From assembly GCF_009834535.1 (NCBI RefSeq), contig NC_045697.1:22818001-22882000 (forward strand): a stretch of DNA of 64,000 nt. Reading direction: 5' to 3'. The notes beneath the pieces were generated by a model. It searched no databases. It saw only the letters and a list, made by a program, of their open reading frames with translations, and was not told the origin of the DNA. Position 1 is the stretch's first letter. Each line of letters begins with the position of its first letter. This document shows, in pieces, positions 24,901-37,821 of this stretch. The position numbers and the translations under genes are program-made. This DNA comes from Camelus ferus. Lineage: Eukaryota.

Positions 24901-27900
24901 GTCAGTTTTACATGACTGTCTGGGTAGAACCACAAGGTAGAGAGGTGGCAACACTCCAGCAGAATGTAGGCAAAGCCTTAAACAGTGTTGTAAGTCTGTC
25001 ATGGCAGGCACAGCGATTCAAATACAGCCAGCTGGGGCAAGGTAGTGATTGAGGTACACACAAAATCTGGAAGAGCTAAAAAGATGGGAATGGAACATAT
25101 TTCCACAGCGTTTCATATGGATCAATGACCAGTGACTAAGGACAATTATAAATACCTTGGTGGAAATATTATAGGTGGATATCTGACTTAGGGAACAAGT
25201 TTTATTTACTCCCCCCTTATTGATTCCAGACTCAGTCCATATACCCAGAACTAAGGCTAAAAGAAAATATTGACTCCAAATTAAAATTTAGTTTCTATAG
25301 TGGCAGCATAATGAAGATTAAAAATGAGTTTTAAAGTAAGGTTTATACTCAGCACATATGCTAATTATTTCTTCACAACTTAATGAAATGAGGTATCAAG
25401 ATGAAAGAACATTTATGCATTGTTTCATTTCAGCATAAATACATAAAACCACATTTTCAAAACAAAGATAAAGGAGGCTCTTGAGAGTGGTATGGTTGGC
25501 AGTCTGTATTTAAATTTGAAATGTTAGGCATCACTACATGCAGTATAGTCATAATAATTGCTAAAAATTGCTTACTTAAGACCAAATTTTCTCATCATCT
25601 GACATGGGCTCTGTAGAAAGATTGAAGGAAAGAGAATTTTAATTCTGATAAAATAAGAGGCCCTGAAGGGACTCACTATTTCAGTGAAATAATTATTGAG
25701 AGTAAGATCATGAAAGACGCCAGGTTTCCTAAGAACAACCCTGTCCTACTATGTGACTTTAAGGATATTATCATTTTGTTTTAATCAAACTAACCCACAT
25801 GAACTTGCTGTATATATTTGTGCCAGATGCTCCCTGAACATCAGCAAAACTGCAAATGGCACGACAGTCATATCAATTCCAAGACTGCACGTGTCCTGCT
25901 CCTCGCTTATATGACTGAAGGAAGTTAGGCCTTTTTATTCATTGACTTTGGTCTCTAAGAGATAGTCTTACATATGCTCTTAAATCAAGTTACATTGTGC
26001 CTTGAACCCACTTCTGTTGCTCAGTTCTGGCAAATCAAGCTACCATTGCAAACATGGCCATTGTTCTGTTGACTCAAGATTCAACCTCGTTCTCTGCCCT
26101 TGCCTTTGTTAAAATTAGGCTCTGCTGTGGGTCCTGTTGTTATCCAACCCCTGAGCCCCACTTTTGAGGCTACTCATAAGAACTTTGTTTTTTTGAGAAA
26201 ATATCATTCAAGGGTGCTTAATCTAGCTCCGTAATTTTGCCATATTGTTTCATCCCACAACCCCCACTGACCATTGCATATGCTTTTATGTGTCTGAACA
26301 CCACTTGTGGAACTGATTTAAATTATTTTCTGTAGAGACTGTTAAGTTCCTATGCATTTCAACTGATACAAATATATGCTGTAAGAATGAAGAGGAAATG
26401 GCAATCAACATAACCTGGATAATTATGAATCCTAGCTCTAGCCAAGCTAATTAACCCTAGTGTATGATTCACTGTCCTGTGATATCTTTAGCAAAAATAT
26501 AAACCATCATTACATATGGAATCCACTCAAATTTCAATTTATTCCAGCTCTATTAGAAACAAGTAATCAAACAATATATCATTAACACTGACAGGAGGTG
26601 AAAGTTTGAGAACATAAAGAATGAGAATTGATAAATACCATGTATGTAACTTTAAAAAGATTGAAAATAAGTTCATCTCTGCATCTCTGAGATGTTCACT
26701 AACTGAAACAAGCCACAAATTTGGACCTTGTATATGTTTGAAATCTGCAAGGAAGATTCCTTGAGTGAACAACCTACTAAGAATCAACTGAATAAAGACA
26801 TTTACTGCAATGAAGTGTTTACAGGTGACAATTTAAACTGATTTTAGAGTGAATATATAATCTCAAGTGTGTCTTCAAAAACCAGTTGACAAGTTTCAAA
26901 TGTTTTGGTTCACAATCTGACATTTAGGTTACCAATTTATTTCAAATGAGCAAAGGTTAGCAAGAAACAAACAGATTTGAATTTCCTTGACAAAGGCTCC
27001 CAAGACTCATGCATCTTATTTCTTTGGCTCTTTTTAGATGTTGGTGACTTTTAATGTCTGTTCTGAATTATTCCTTCTGCAACTTTTTCCAAAATTCACT
27101 TCATCTTAGCTGCTTGCCATCACCATGTGTTTAGCTTATAATCTGAATCTGACCCCTGATTGCTTCTAAAGACCTCAATGCTTCAACAGTTATAATGACA
27201 TAGAGTTGAATGTTACTGAATTCTGTATTCTGAAAACCATAAAAAACAAAATAAAAACAAAAATTACTCCCCAAGGCAGTATTTTTCTAGGATAACAGTA
27301 GTGTAATATTCATATAAATAAATCATAGGAAGTAGTTCAAACCCAATACATTCATTATTTATTTACATAATAACACATGTAATGAGTTATATGCATTATT
27401 ATTGCATTTCAAGTTGTCTATACACTACAGCTTCAATGATTCAATGCATTCGATGTTGCTTATTGCACTTTCTGGAATCACATACACTTAATGTTAGTCA
27501 ATTTAATAATTATATTGATTTATATTTCAACTCTTGATTTTGAAATATTATAAGCTATTCTGATTCAATAAACTCTTTACCTTAATAAAAAGCAATGGTG
27601 GTTTTTGTTTGTTTGCTTATTTTTGTATCTCAGTCTCAAAGATTTGAACATTTTCCACATTAGATCTATTTTGAGTTGCTTCCGGGCTCCAGAAGGAAAA
27701 AGTGGTTTTCAACCCTTGCCCCAACTTTTCACAAACCTATGCTAAAGGGCACTGCCTTGGAGAGTTATTCTGCCCTGTGGCTGTTGTATAGGTCCTGTAC
27801 ACTGGCGTCATGTTTGCCTCTGTGATCTTGCCTTTCAAGGAACTCACAAGCAATTCTTTGTCACATAGTGCAACACCACAAGTGTAAGGTATAATTTTCT

Positions 27901-28045
27901 TAATGAAAATTCATTCTTTTTAATAACCAGCAACAGATAGTGTTGTACTCTGGTCACACATCATCCAGAATTTGCTATGGACTCTCCCCTAAGACAGGTC
28001 TGAGACCTTACTGGTGTCATCAGCACTCAAGAAATCCTTTAAATT

Positions 28046-28097
28046 TTTTGAGAGACAAAAAGCTTCAAAAATTTTGAGAGACAAAAAGCTTCAAAAA
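28046..28097. repeat. Perfect 26-bp tandem duplication
   Basis: ttttgagagacaaaaagcttcaaaaa x2. Confidence 0.95.
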
Positions 28098-30319
28098 TGT
28101 CATGTGCTTGTTATGGATAAGGGATAGATTATTTTACATTCCAAAGACAATAAAGAATATATATCCTGGGTTCAAATGAGAAAACCATTCAGTACCAATT
28201 TCCTTTTGCATTTATATGAAGCACAAAATACAAATAAGTATCTGAATCCAGAATACTTGTTTCTTTCTTTTATTTAGTTTATAAAGTCCTGTATTTTCTT
28301 TTTAATGTGAATTTACACTTTGGCCACACAAGAATTACCTTAAAACAGAACAAATAAGACCATTTTTATGGAGTAAATGAAAGATAAGCTATAACTAGGT
28401 CAGCTTCAAGAACAACAGAATCATTCCATTAATCACAGCTTCAGATCATTCTGTCATATACTCACAGGCTTCATTACCGTTTTCTCAGGTTAACAAAGAT
28501 CAGCCAGTTGAATTCATAAATAGGATTCCCATCCACATCATTGCAAATGCACTGTCAAAGAATGTTTGCGACTATAGTCTTTAGTAAAGCAATACATATA
28601 AACAATGAAGCATCTGCTGTTCTCTTATCAATCTAATTTATCATCACTTTCTTGCTTGCTGTGTGCAGCATTAAACCAAAAGCCACACTCATTGAGTTGT
28701 TTCAGCAATTATGAAACACATATACCAAGATCAAGATTCAATTTTATTTAATATCTCCTCGGAATTTTGATTTGTGATTTATGTTGAGTCATAAACCATT
28801 TTTGATCTATTAAGTAAAAACATATTCTGATGGCTATGATACGCCAACCTACAGATCTCAGCAAGTATTGTATTTTGGTATGGAATGGCTGGTAGAGCGT
28901 TAAAAACGAATTTTGAATTTTGTTCAGACAGCATTTACTATTAGCACCAAGGCTTATTTCTATAATGACAAAATTGGCATAGATTATTTTAAATCTACGA
29001 ATGTTGATGGATATGCACTGCATGCAAGAAAACTGTCACTCATTTGTGTCAGTGATGTTGACCCAGATTTAACTTGAGTAAAACTAAGGAAAATAATGAT
29101 GTAATTCATATTGTTATTTCCAATTATACTGCTTTAATATATAAATTTCACCATGCTAGACCTATTATCATTTCAAGCAACAGATTTTTTTTCCTTTTGC
29201 CATTTTCACTTAACTTCATTGGTGTGTAAATATTTTAGTTCTTTTTAGTATTTGAGCAAGTCATTATTTTACAACTGATAGACAAAACTAGTTAATATGT
29301 AGCAATGATTTTATATTTCACCATATTATTCTAAGTATTTTCTTTCCTACTATAAAAATATTCTAAATTTAAGTATGTCTTTAAAGATATGGAACATGGA
29401 TTCAAGCACTTGAATCAATATCTTAGATTACACTTGTTTCTTTTGTCTTCTCATGAATAAGTAATAAGAGCATTATTAAAATGACACAAAATAATGAAAA
29501 TCTTGAGAAAAAACAATAGATCATTCAGTCATTTCACCATATAAACAAAGGTAACGCCTGACAGAAAGCACTATGATGGTCTCAAGATCCAAGGAATTTT
29601 TTTCATTGTTTATGGAAAATAAAAATGTGTTCCTTCTTCAGTTTTTCTTTCTAGATTTACTCCACCATCTCTGAAGCATTAGATATAACAAACAGAAATG
29701 TAGTCCTTTTTGTAATTATGCTAAAAAAGTATGTGACAGCAACAATATAGGAAGTCAGTTGAAATTAATAATCTTCAAGAAACAAAACTTTAAAAAAACA
29801 TACATTTTTAGTTTTAATAGGATATAATAAATAATTTTTATCATTTACATTTTATATACTTCCACAAATAGGCCATAAAATATATAAACAATAGCACTCA
29901 TAATGCTAGATTTTAAATTTTTGTTTGTTTAATTTCATTCCCCATCAGATACCAGACAATGAGTTCCTTATGAACAGCAATTTTGTCATGTTCAGTTTTA
30001 TATTCTCAGTACCTGAAACTCTGTTCCCTGGAAGGTAGTCAGTAACATGCTTTGAGTGGATATAAGAAAACAGCAATTTCTGGTTACTGTGAGTATTGTC
30101 AACAGGAGGAGACAGACCTGAGAAGACTGGAACCATATTACATTTGTTACAAAAGTTGAAAACAAGTATCCACTATTCAATTTCCAATATAATGTAATGG
30201 AGAGACCCTGAGAAAACCTCTCATTTCTGCAGTCCTCCCGCGACCTTCATTCCATCTGAAATTTGAGGAATCTTTGAATTTATTTTAAGCCTTTAATAAT
30301 AGGTTAAAATCAACACAGT

Positions 30320-30442
30320 TTATAATCTCCATGAGAACAGAAATGATTCAACTCCTATGTTTTTACTTCCAATGTATAGAATGGTGACTGACAAATGTTA
30401 ATATTTGTTGCACAAAAAGATGGATGAATGAATGAATGAATA
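30320..30442 (+). mobile_element. LINE-2 3' tail
   Basis: ctccatgagaacag...aatatttgttg...tgaatgaatgaatgaa. Confidence 0.6.
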
Positions 30443-31476
30443 AAAAAGAATATTTTATTCTTGTCATTCGGCCATATTTAGTATAAAAAACATTTGCAAT
30501 TACTATGCATTGCACATTGAAGTATTAGAAAACCATGTGTTCATTGATGACGACAGTGCACTGATAGGGAAACAGAATGAAGACATCGAGTGTGGGTTAG
30601 TTTTAAGTATGGTGATGCTATTACAAGGAATACAAAGGAAAAACTGAACTCTATTCAGTGATGACTAAGTACCTAGTATGGTGTTTGATATCTTTGAAAA
30701 TAATTGCTACAACATTACATAGTAAATATTTATTTCTATTTTACAGGACGCATACACTAATAAAGCCAGGATTCTAATCATGTTCTTAAGACTAACTCTT
30801 TGCTAAAACACATTTTATGTGCTATAAATTACAATACCTTAAGAAACAATTGCTTCTGCTCTCCTCAAAGTCGTAATGGAATACCCAGTAGAGTCCTCAA
30901 GCAGCTTGCTTTCTTTGATCTCAGATGGACACATGACTAAGCCAAATCCACCCTTACTATCTGCAAGATTTTACACTTCATCTCCTTCTTTTTCTTATTT
31001 CATACTCTATTTCAATTTTATTGTTGCTTAAAACTGGTCTTGTAGATTTAGTTAATTAATTAGGCTCATCAACAATTCAATCTGTAGAAAAATGAGAGCA
31101 AATAAGACATTACTACCAAAAAAGAATAGTTATTATTTGGGGAATAAAATAGAATTTTTAAGTAAACTAATGGGAAATGATTTAGTACTTTTCAAAATAT
31201 CTATTATATATAATAAAACTTTGAATTAAAATATTGCAACTATTTATAATTAAAGAACAGACATTTTAAACCTAACTGAAAATTAATAAATATTTTCAAG
31301 ACTATTCACTGATTACAGGACAAATTCATTAAAGCTTCTTTTATATTATTCTAAAGTAATATGAGAACACAAGAATACTTTTATTATTGAATAGTGTAAT
31401 TGAAGAAAACCACAACACATGGATATTTTTAAATATATCATTTAAAAAGCATCATGACCGAGTAAGTACTTTTTTT

Positions 31477-32250
31477 TAACATTTTTTATTGATTTATAAT
31501 CATTTTACAATGTTGTGTCAAATTCCAGTGTTCAGCACAATTTTTCAGTTAATGGACTCATTGTCACATTTTTTTCTCTGTGAGTTATCATAACATTTTG
31601 TGTATATTTCCCTGTGCTATACAGTGTAGTCTATTCTACAATTTTGAAATCCCAGTCTATCCCTTCCCACCCTCCACCCCCTTGGTAACCACAAGTCTGT
31701 ATTCTCTGTCTGTGAGTCTATTTCTGTCCTGTATTTACGCTTTGTTTTTGTTTGTTTGTTTGTTTTTGTTTTTGTTTTTTAGATTCCACATATGAGCGAT
31801 CTCATATGGTATTTTTCTTTCTCTTTCTGGCTTACTTCACTTAGAATGACATTCTCCAGGAGCATCCATGTTGCTGCAAATGGCATTATGTTGTCGGTTT
31901 TTATGGCTGAGTAGTATTCCATTGTATAAATATACCACCTCTTCTTTATCCAGTCACCTGTTGATGGACATTTAGGCTGTTTCCATGTTTTGGCTATTGT
32001 AAATAGTGCTGCTATGAACATTGGGGTGCAGGTGCCATCCTGAAGTAGATTTCCTTCTGGATACAAGCCCAGGAGTGGGATTCCTGGGTCATATGGTAAG
32101 TCTATTCCTAGTCTTTTGAGGAATCTCCACACTGTTTTCCATAGTGGCTGCACCAAACTGCATTCCTACCAGCAGTGTAGGAGGGTTCCCCTTTCTCCAC
32201 AGCCTCTCCAGCATTTGTCATTTGTGGATTTTTGAATGACGGCCATTCGG
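31477..32250 (-). mobile_element. Young camelid LINE-1, 5'-truncated (ORF2 C-terminus + 3'UTR), about 775 bp
   Basis: ORF 31779-32156 encodes the L1 ORF2 C-terminus ([12 protein letters not shown]...TMEYYSAIK...YHMRSLICGI); TSD acttttttt (31468-31476 / 32251-32259) with a TTTT/AA endonuclease site. Confidence 0.97.
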
Positions 32251-33869
32251 ACTTTTTTTAAAGTAATCTAATAAATGGAGTAGACATTTTCGCCACGATT
32301 GTGACAATATAGGCACAAAATTGGGATTTACTGAAAGATCAGCCTGAGCTAATATGTTGGACTATTAATTACTATAGTCCTGGAAGTAGTAGAACAGATA
32401 GTCTTTTCCCCCCAGATACTGCTGGGGTTGCATGAAAGTGGTCACATAAAATCTTAAAATTTGATGTAACATTCAATTTTTTTTTGGTCACGTAAATATG
32501 TTTATAAGCATTAGGAGAAATTGCTACTTAGATTAAAAAACAATCTGTTCTGAACAGAAAAGATGAAAAAAAGCTCTATTGGATAAAAAAATAATAGTGA
32601 AGTAAGTGTTAAACATGTAAGATTTATGCAAATTGGTTTAATTTTATATTTAAATATCATTTTAAATTTCTCATTGCATAATTTAAAGTCATTAAAATGA
32701 AATAATAAATAAATGCTAGCAATATATAATTGCAAAAGTTAAGTATCACTGTAGTAAGTCTAATTCTAGATCTTAGAGTGCAAACTTTATTTTATGGCTC
32801 TTACAGAATAAGAATAAATTTAGGGAAATAAAAGTCTTCTTTGGAATTGAACAGAGATTAGTTTAGAAAGGAAGATTAAATCTGAAGATTAGGAAAAAAA
32901 TTCCTAACATGCAATTCCTGTAAATTTTGGAAAAGACTTTTGCTAATAAAAAAAAATACCTGGGCCCACAGACCACCCAAAAGAGGTAAAAAATTGTTTA
33001 AAATCAATTTATCTGGAGAAAAGTGAACAATAAGTGCCATGTGTCTTCAATACTAAACTATTCATTCAGAGAGATTATATCACAAATGGAAAAAGTTATG
33101 AAAATCTACAAAACATAAATATGAGCTGTTAAAGTAAATCCTGTTAGCTTAATATCCTGGAAAAGTTAAGTCAGTTTTAAATATAGTATTTTAATCTTGC
33201 AAAATTCTTAGAAACAGTAATTAACATCTGTAATGAGATCTAAATTATTATTTTGTGAGTTTTGCCCAAACTCAATTCAATAACTCTAGTGATACATTAA
33301 GAATCACTTATTGATAAGCAAGTTTCTTTGATACCTCATGAAGCCTTTTTCATGAAAGGAATAACTATATTTTTTTAATTGAAAAGGTATTAGAAATTAC
33401 TCAGGGAAAGTTTTTTTATTTTTCTTTAAAAAGTCAACCATCATGCTATTCAGAAGCCAGCAATATTCAATTATGAGCCATATATTTTATTTCAGATCAA
33501 TAATTTTTAAAAAATAACCATGATGATTCTAAGAACTTCAGAATACATAGAAAAGAAAATTTTAAAATTTGTTAAATCCTACCACTTAGAAATAATTTTT
33601 GGTAACTTTTGATAGACATTGTATTTTTTATCTCTCAGTGTGTATTTACAGAAAGGAAAAAATGGATAAGCCAGCCAAAGAGACAGAGATCTTCAAATAA
33701 ATTTCAAAAATATTGCAATATCATACATGCTAATATGATACAAATTAATTTATTTAATTTTAAGTGTAATCAAGAATAAACTAAAGTTAATGTGAAGATG
33801 TTGGTAACCTTCAAATAAATAATCTTGCAATATAGTATTCCTAAAATATCTTCTATTTTATAAGCTTGA

Positions 33870-33951
33870 GTTTTTTGGTTTTGTTTTTTGTTTTTGGGTT
33901 TTTTTTTTTGGTTTATTTGTTTGTTTTGTTTTGTTTTGTTTTGTTTTGTTT
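33870..33951. repeat. T-rich/(GTTTT)n microsatellite
   Basis: Direct reading. Confidence 0.9.
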
Positions 33952-34546
33952 CATTTTTTACTCCCAGAGGCTCTACTTATTTTAAATCACACACTATATG
34001 TCATTTATTAGGTTCTGACTGTAAATATGTAGAATTAGCAAATTTGTTATTTATCTGGACTGCGTCTCCCTCATCTCCTAACTTTGCTCTCTTACCAATT
34101 TTATAATGTCAAAGTGTGTAATATTAACCTATTTTAACCATAATTCCTGGCAGCCTTCAGTTTTGTGCTGGTATACAAATTCATTGAAGTATCAACAATT
34201 TTACTATCCTTATGACTTCTCCATCAATGGAGCTGTTTTGATACATCTTTTAGTTTTCAAGATACATACCAGTAGCTCATTTTGACCCTCATTAGCCTTC
34301 CTGACTCAATACTTAGAAATGCGACTTAGGGCAAAGTAGTTGGATTTCTCAACCTCAACTTCTTTTCTTTTTGCAAATAATGCTGATCAACTTTTCTAAA
34401 GTGCTCGATATGCGACAGGAATTCTGCTAAGCACTGAATCATTTAGTTCTATTAATTACAGGATATATGTGCATGTGTCTGTGCGTGTGTGTAAAGTGAA
34501 ACACAGAATAGATTAAATAACAAGATGCCACAACTAAAAAGTGATG

Positions 34547-35245
34547 TTGGTGCAGCCACTATGGAAAACAGTGTGGAGATTCCTCAAAAGACTAGGAATA
34601 GACTTACCATATGACCCAGGAATCCCACTCCTGGGCTTGTATCCAGAAGGAAATCTACTTCAGGATGGCACCTGCACCCCAATGTTCATAGCAGCACTAT
34701 TTACAATAGCCAAAACATGGAAACAGCCTAAATGTCCATCAACAGGTGACTGGATAAAGAAGAGGTGGTATATTTATACAATGGAATACTACTCAGCCAT
34801 AAAAACCGACAACATAATGCCATTTGCAGCAACATGGATGCTCCTGGAGAATGTCATTCTAAGTGAAGTAAGCCAGAAAGAGAAAGAAAAATACCATATG
34901 AGATCGCTCATATGTGGAATCTAAAAAACAAAAACAAAAACAAACAAACAAACAAAAACAAAGCGTAAATACAGGACAGAAATAGACTCACAGACAGAGA
35001 ATACAGACTTGTGGTTACCAAGGGGGTGGAGGGTGGGAAGGGATAGACTGGGATTTCAAAATTGTAGAATAGACTACACTGTATAGCACAGGGAAATATA
35101 CACAAAATGTTATGATAACTCACAGAGAAAAAAATGTGACAATGAGTGTGTATATGTCCATGAATAACTGAAAAATTGTGCTGAACACTGGAATTTGACA
35201 CAACATTGTAAAATGATTATAAATCAATAAAAAATGTTTAAAAAA
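34547..35245 (+). mobile_element. Young camelid LINE-1, 5'-truncated (ORF2 C-terminus + 3'UTR + A-tail), about 700 bp, inserted in a MIR-like fragment
   Basis: ORF 34541-34924 encodes the ORF2 C-terminus; AATAAA then A-tail; TSD aaaaagtgatg (34536-34546 / 35246-35256); joined flanks (cacaactaaaaagtgatggagttgaaatttga) resemble the MIR core. Confidence 0.97.
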
Positions 35246-35396
35246 AAAAAGTGATGGAGTTGAAATTTGATTCTGTTCTTATGTAGATTTACTACTCATA
35301 ATCACACTAACTCTAAATGTTAAAAAAAAAAGTGATGGAGTTGAAATTTGATTCTGTTCTTATGTAGATTTACTACTCATAATCACACTAACTCTA
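35233..35396. repeat. About 81-bp tandem duplication covering the L1 tail, TSD and 3' flank
   Basis: aatgtt(t)-A10/11-gtgatggagttgaaatttgattctgttcttatgtagatttactactcataatcacactaactcta x2; gtgatgg at 35251 and 35332. Confidence 0.95.
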
Positions 35397-35744
35397 CATT
35401 TTTTTCCCAATGAAAAAAAAATGCTTATAACTCAGTGAAAGAACAAAAATAAAGTGCTTGACATGTATAAATATAGTGCCTAGCATGTAGAAAATGCTCA
35501 GTAGATATTAGGTGCACTTAAGATTATATTTGTTACATATAAAATTTTATAAATATAGAAAAAGAGCAATAGTTGTGCATATTATTTTCAAATACTTTCT
35601 TTAGACTGCTGTAAAATTCGTAACAATAACACTATCATGAAAATTCAAACAATTCAGATAAAATGCCTATACCAGAGTTATCATTAGGTGTTGAGTAAAC
35701 AACCAAAGAAGCATTCAAAACAAATCATTAAAATATAAAGGATT

Positions 35745-36245
35745 AGACAAACCAGAGTTCAAGGACTTGGAACAATGAGGATGTGGGGGCATAGAAATAA
35801 TTGATATGGGTGATTGTTCTCATCGAACAAATATATAAATCAGTTGAACAAAATGTGGTGAAGATAATTAAAGCCAAATTTCTCACTTCCAGAAACGGTA
35901 TTTTAAAACACAACAAGAAGAACTTTAAAACAAAACCTGACATACTGAATTAAAATTGTAGGTATTATTTCCTTATAGTCAGAAAAATAAATAAATGCAA
36001 AGGTATATAAATGTAAGTATATACACAAATGTGTTTTTCTAGTTCTGTCCACTGAGTCTAGAGGCAATAACACTCCCATAGCAGTGAACATATTGACAGC
36101 CCTGGTCTTGATTTCAAAATGGCATCGTCCACTAAATGGAGCCCATGTTCATTGGTTACATGGTTAATTATAGACCTGGATGAAGAAAAGTACAAGATGA
36201 GCCTGGAACATTGTTTTGTGCTAGAAAATAGGAAAAATCGGGCCA
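35745..36245 (+). mobile_element. Old LINE-1 3'UTR fragment (L1MC3/4-like)
   Basis: ttctagttctgtccactgag...gcaataacactcccatagcagtgaaca...aaaagtacaagatgagcctggaaca. Confidence 0.7.
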
Positions 36246-36384
36246 TTGTGTAGACATATCAAAAGTCATACACATTTTCCTGCTTACAGTATCTGAGTTA
36301 CTGGGACCCATTCTGCCTACCTGCGCTAAGCCAAGGAGAACTATTTTAGATTCTCTGTGTCAGGCATAATTCTGTTTAAAAAAC

Positions 36385-36880
36385 TCTATTATCAGTAAGA
36401 TAGTGTCTGCTGACAGATAACACAAACATACCTGTAGTTTAAACCATAAGAAGTTAATTTGTCTCTCATTTAAATATCTAATACCTAATATTTAAATATC
36501 CAAAGCTGGTGTATTGCTCTATGATGTCAGGATGCTAGGTCTTTCAATCGTATTTCTTTGCTGTGCAAAGCCTGCATGTGCACAACAGTCATTTCATCTC
36601 TCAGGATAGCCGGTCGTTATATCTGTATTTCAGAAAGTGAAAAAAGGGAAGAGAAGGGCTTACCCTTCTTTTAATGGCATTTTCCCCAAGTTACACTTGG
36701 GGACCTACATAAATCTTATTTGCAACAATTTGGTCATATGACCACACATAACCACTAGCGAGAATGAGGAACATATTTCATGCAACCATACGTTGAGAGC
36801 TAAAGATAAGGGTTTTATTCCTGTAGAACAATGATGAAGGTTTATATTGGCAGAGGGCAAATAACAATACCTACGCCAAC
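36385..36880 (-). mobile_element. Old MaLR LTR (MLT1K/L-like)
   Basis: tattatcagtaagatag...gtagtttaaaccataagaagttaatttgtctctc...tggtcatatgaccacacata. Confidence 0.5.
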
Positions 36881-37578
36881 AATTATTTTTAACTCACTCA
36901 CATGCCCCTAATTATATAAATCATTTTCAAATCCATAAGGTGGCGCTGAATTTCCTTTTCGTGTAGATCGTCTTGCTATTCAATCTGCTCTAACTGGGTT
37001 TCTAATTGGATTTCTCTGTATACCTATCACACAGATGCCCTTCTGGGATCTTCAGTCCTGATTATCCTATTTGTCTTATTTGATCAGGTTGGTGGTTTCA
37101 TTGGGAAATGTCTGAGTCTGAATTATTGCCAACTTTTCTCATGGGCTGATCAAATTCCTAAAGGAAACAATATTCAATGTAATTGTCTTTGAAATGCTAC
37201 TCTATTCTAATCAAGACACCTATTTTTATTTTTTTATGCTATTTAGAGACTAGATCTTCCCATCGCCTGTCATTGTTCAGAAGGGACAGAGTAACCACAT
37301 ACTTGGGTTTAAACTCCTTATTAAACAGATCTTCAACAAATGCTCTTTTCTTTGTAGAAATTCTCTTCACTTTTATTTCTATGCAATCAAGTTACCATTA
37401 ATTTCTGGGCCATGTAGGATTGCTGTGGTGCATATTGGATTCCTTCTCATTTTTCCCCATTTTAGGCTTAGAATTTAACTTTTCTAAGACTCCTAAATCA
37501 GTAGTAACTTACACTGCTTTCCAGCTTCCAAGATGTTACTGCTATTATTTTCTCTGTTGTTATAGATTTCGTTGTAGA

Positions 37579-37666
37579 TGTACCTTTAAAAACATTTCTT
37601 TTTCAAAAATTTTTTTTAAATTTGTACCTTTAAAAACATTTCTTTTTCAAAAATTTTTTTTAAATT
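37579..37666. repeat. Perfect 44-bp tandem duplication at a SINE tail
   Basis: tgtacctttaaaaacatttctttttcaaaaattttttttaaatt x2. Confidence 0.95.
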
Positions 37667-37821
37667 TTTAATTATTTATTTTTTTAGTGAGGGGAGGTAA
37701 TCAGATTTGTTTGTGTGTTTGTTTGTTTGTTTGTTTTTAATGGAGGTGCTGGGGATTGAACCCAGGACCTCCTACATGCTAGGCATGCACTCTACCACTG
37801 AGCTATATACCCTTCCCCCTC
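37646..37821 (-). mobile_element. Vic-1-type SINE
   Basis: Reverse complement reads agggtatatagctcagtggtagagtgcatgcctagcatgtaggaggtcctgggttcaatccccagcacctcca; TSD taaaaacatttcttt (37631-37645) / taaaaatgtttcttt (37822-37836). Confidence 0.95.

Noticed and set aside
31779..32156. 125-aa ORF and its identical 127-aa twin at 34541-34924 as a duplicated gene
   Set aside because: Both are the C-terminus of LINE-1 ORF2 in 5'-truncated copies, with no promoter or true start codon.
31477..35245. Single twin-primed L1, or a DNA transposon with long terminal inverted repeats
   Set aside because: Both arms contain the same 3' end and each has its own distinct TSD; the spacer is ordinary genomic DNA.
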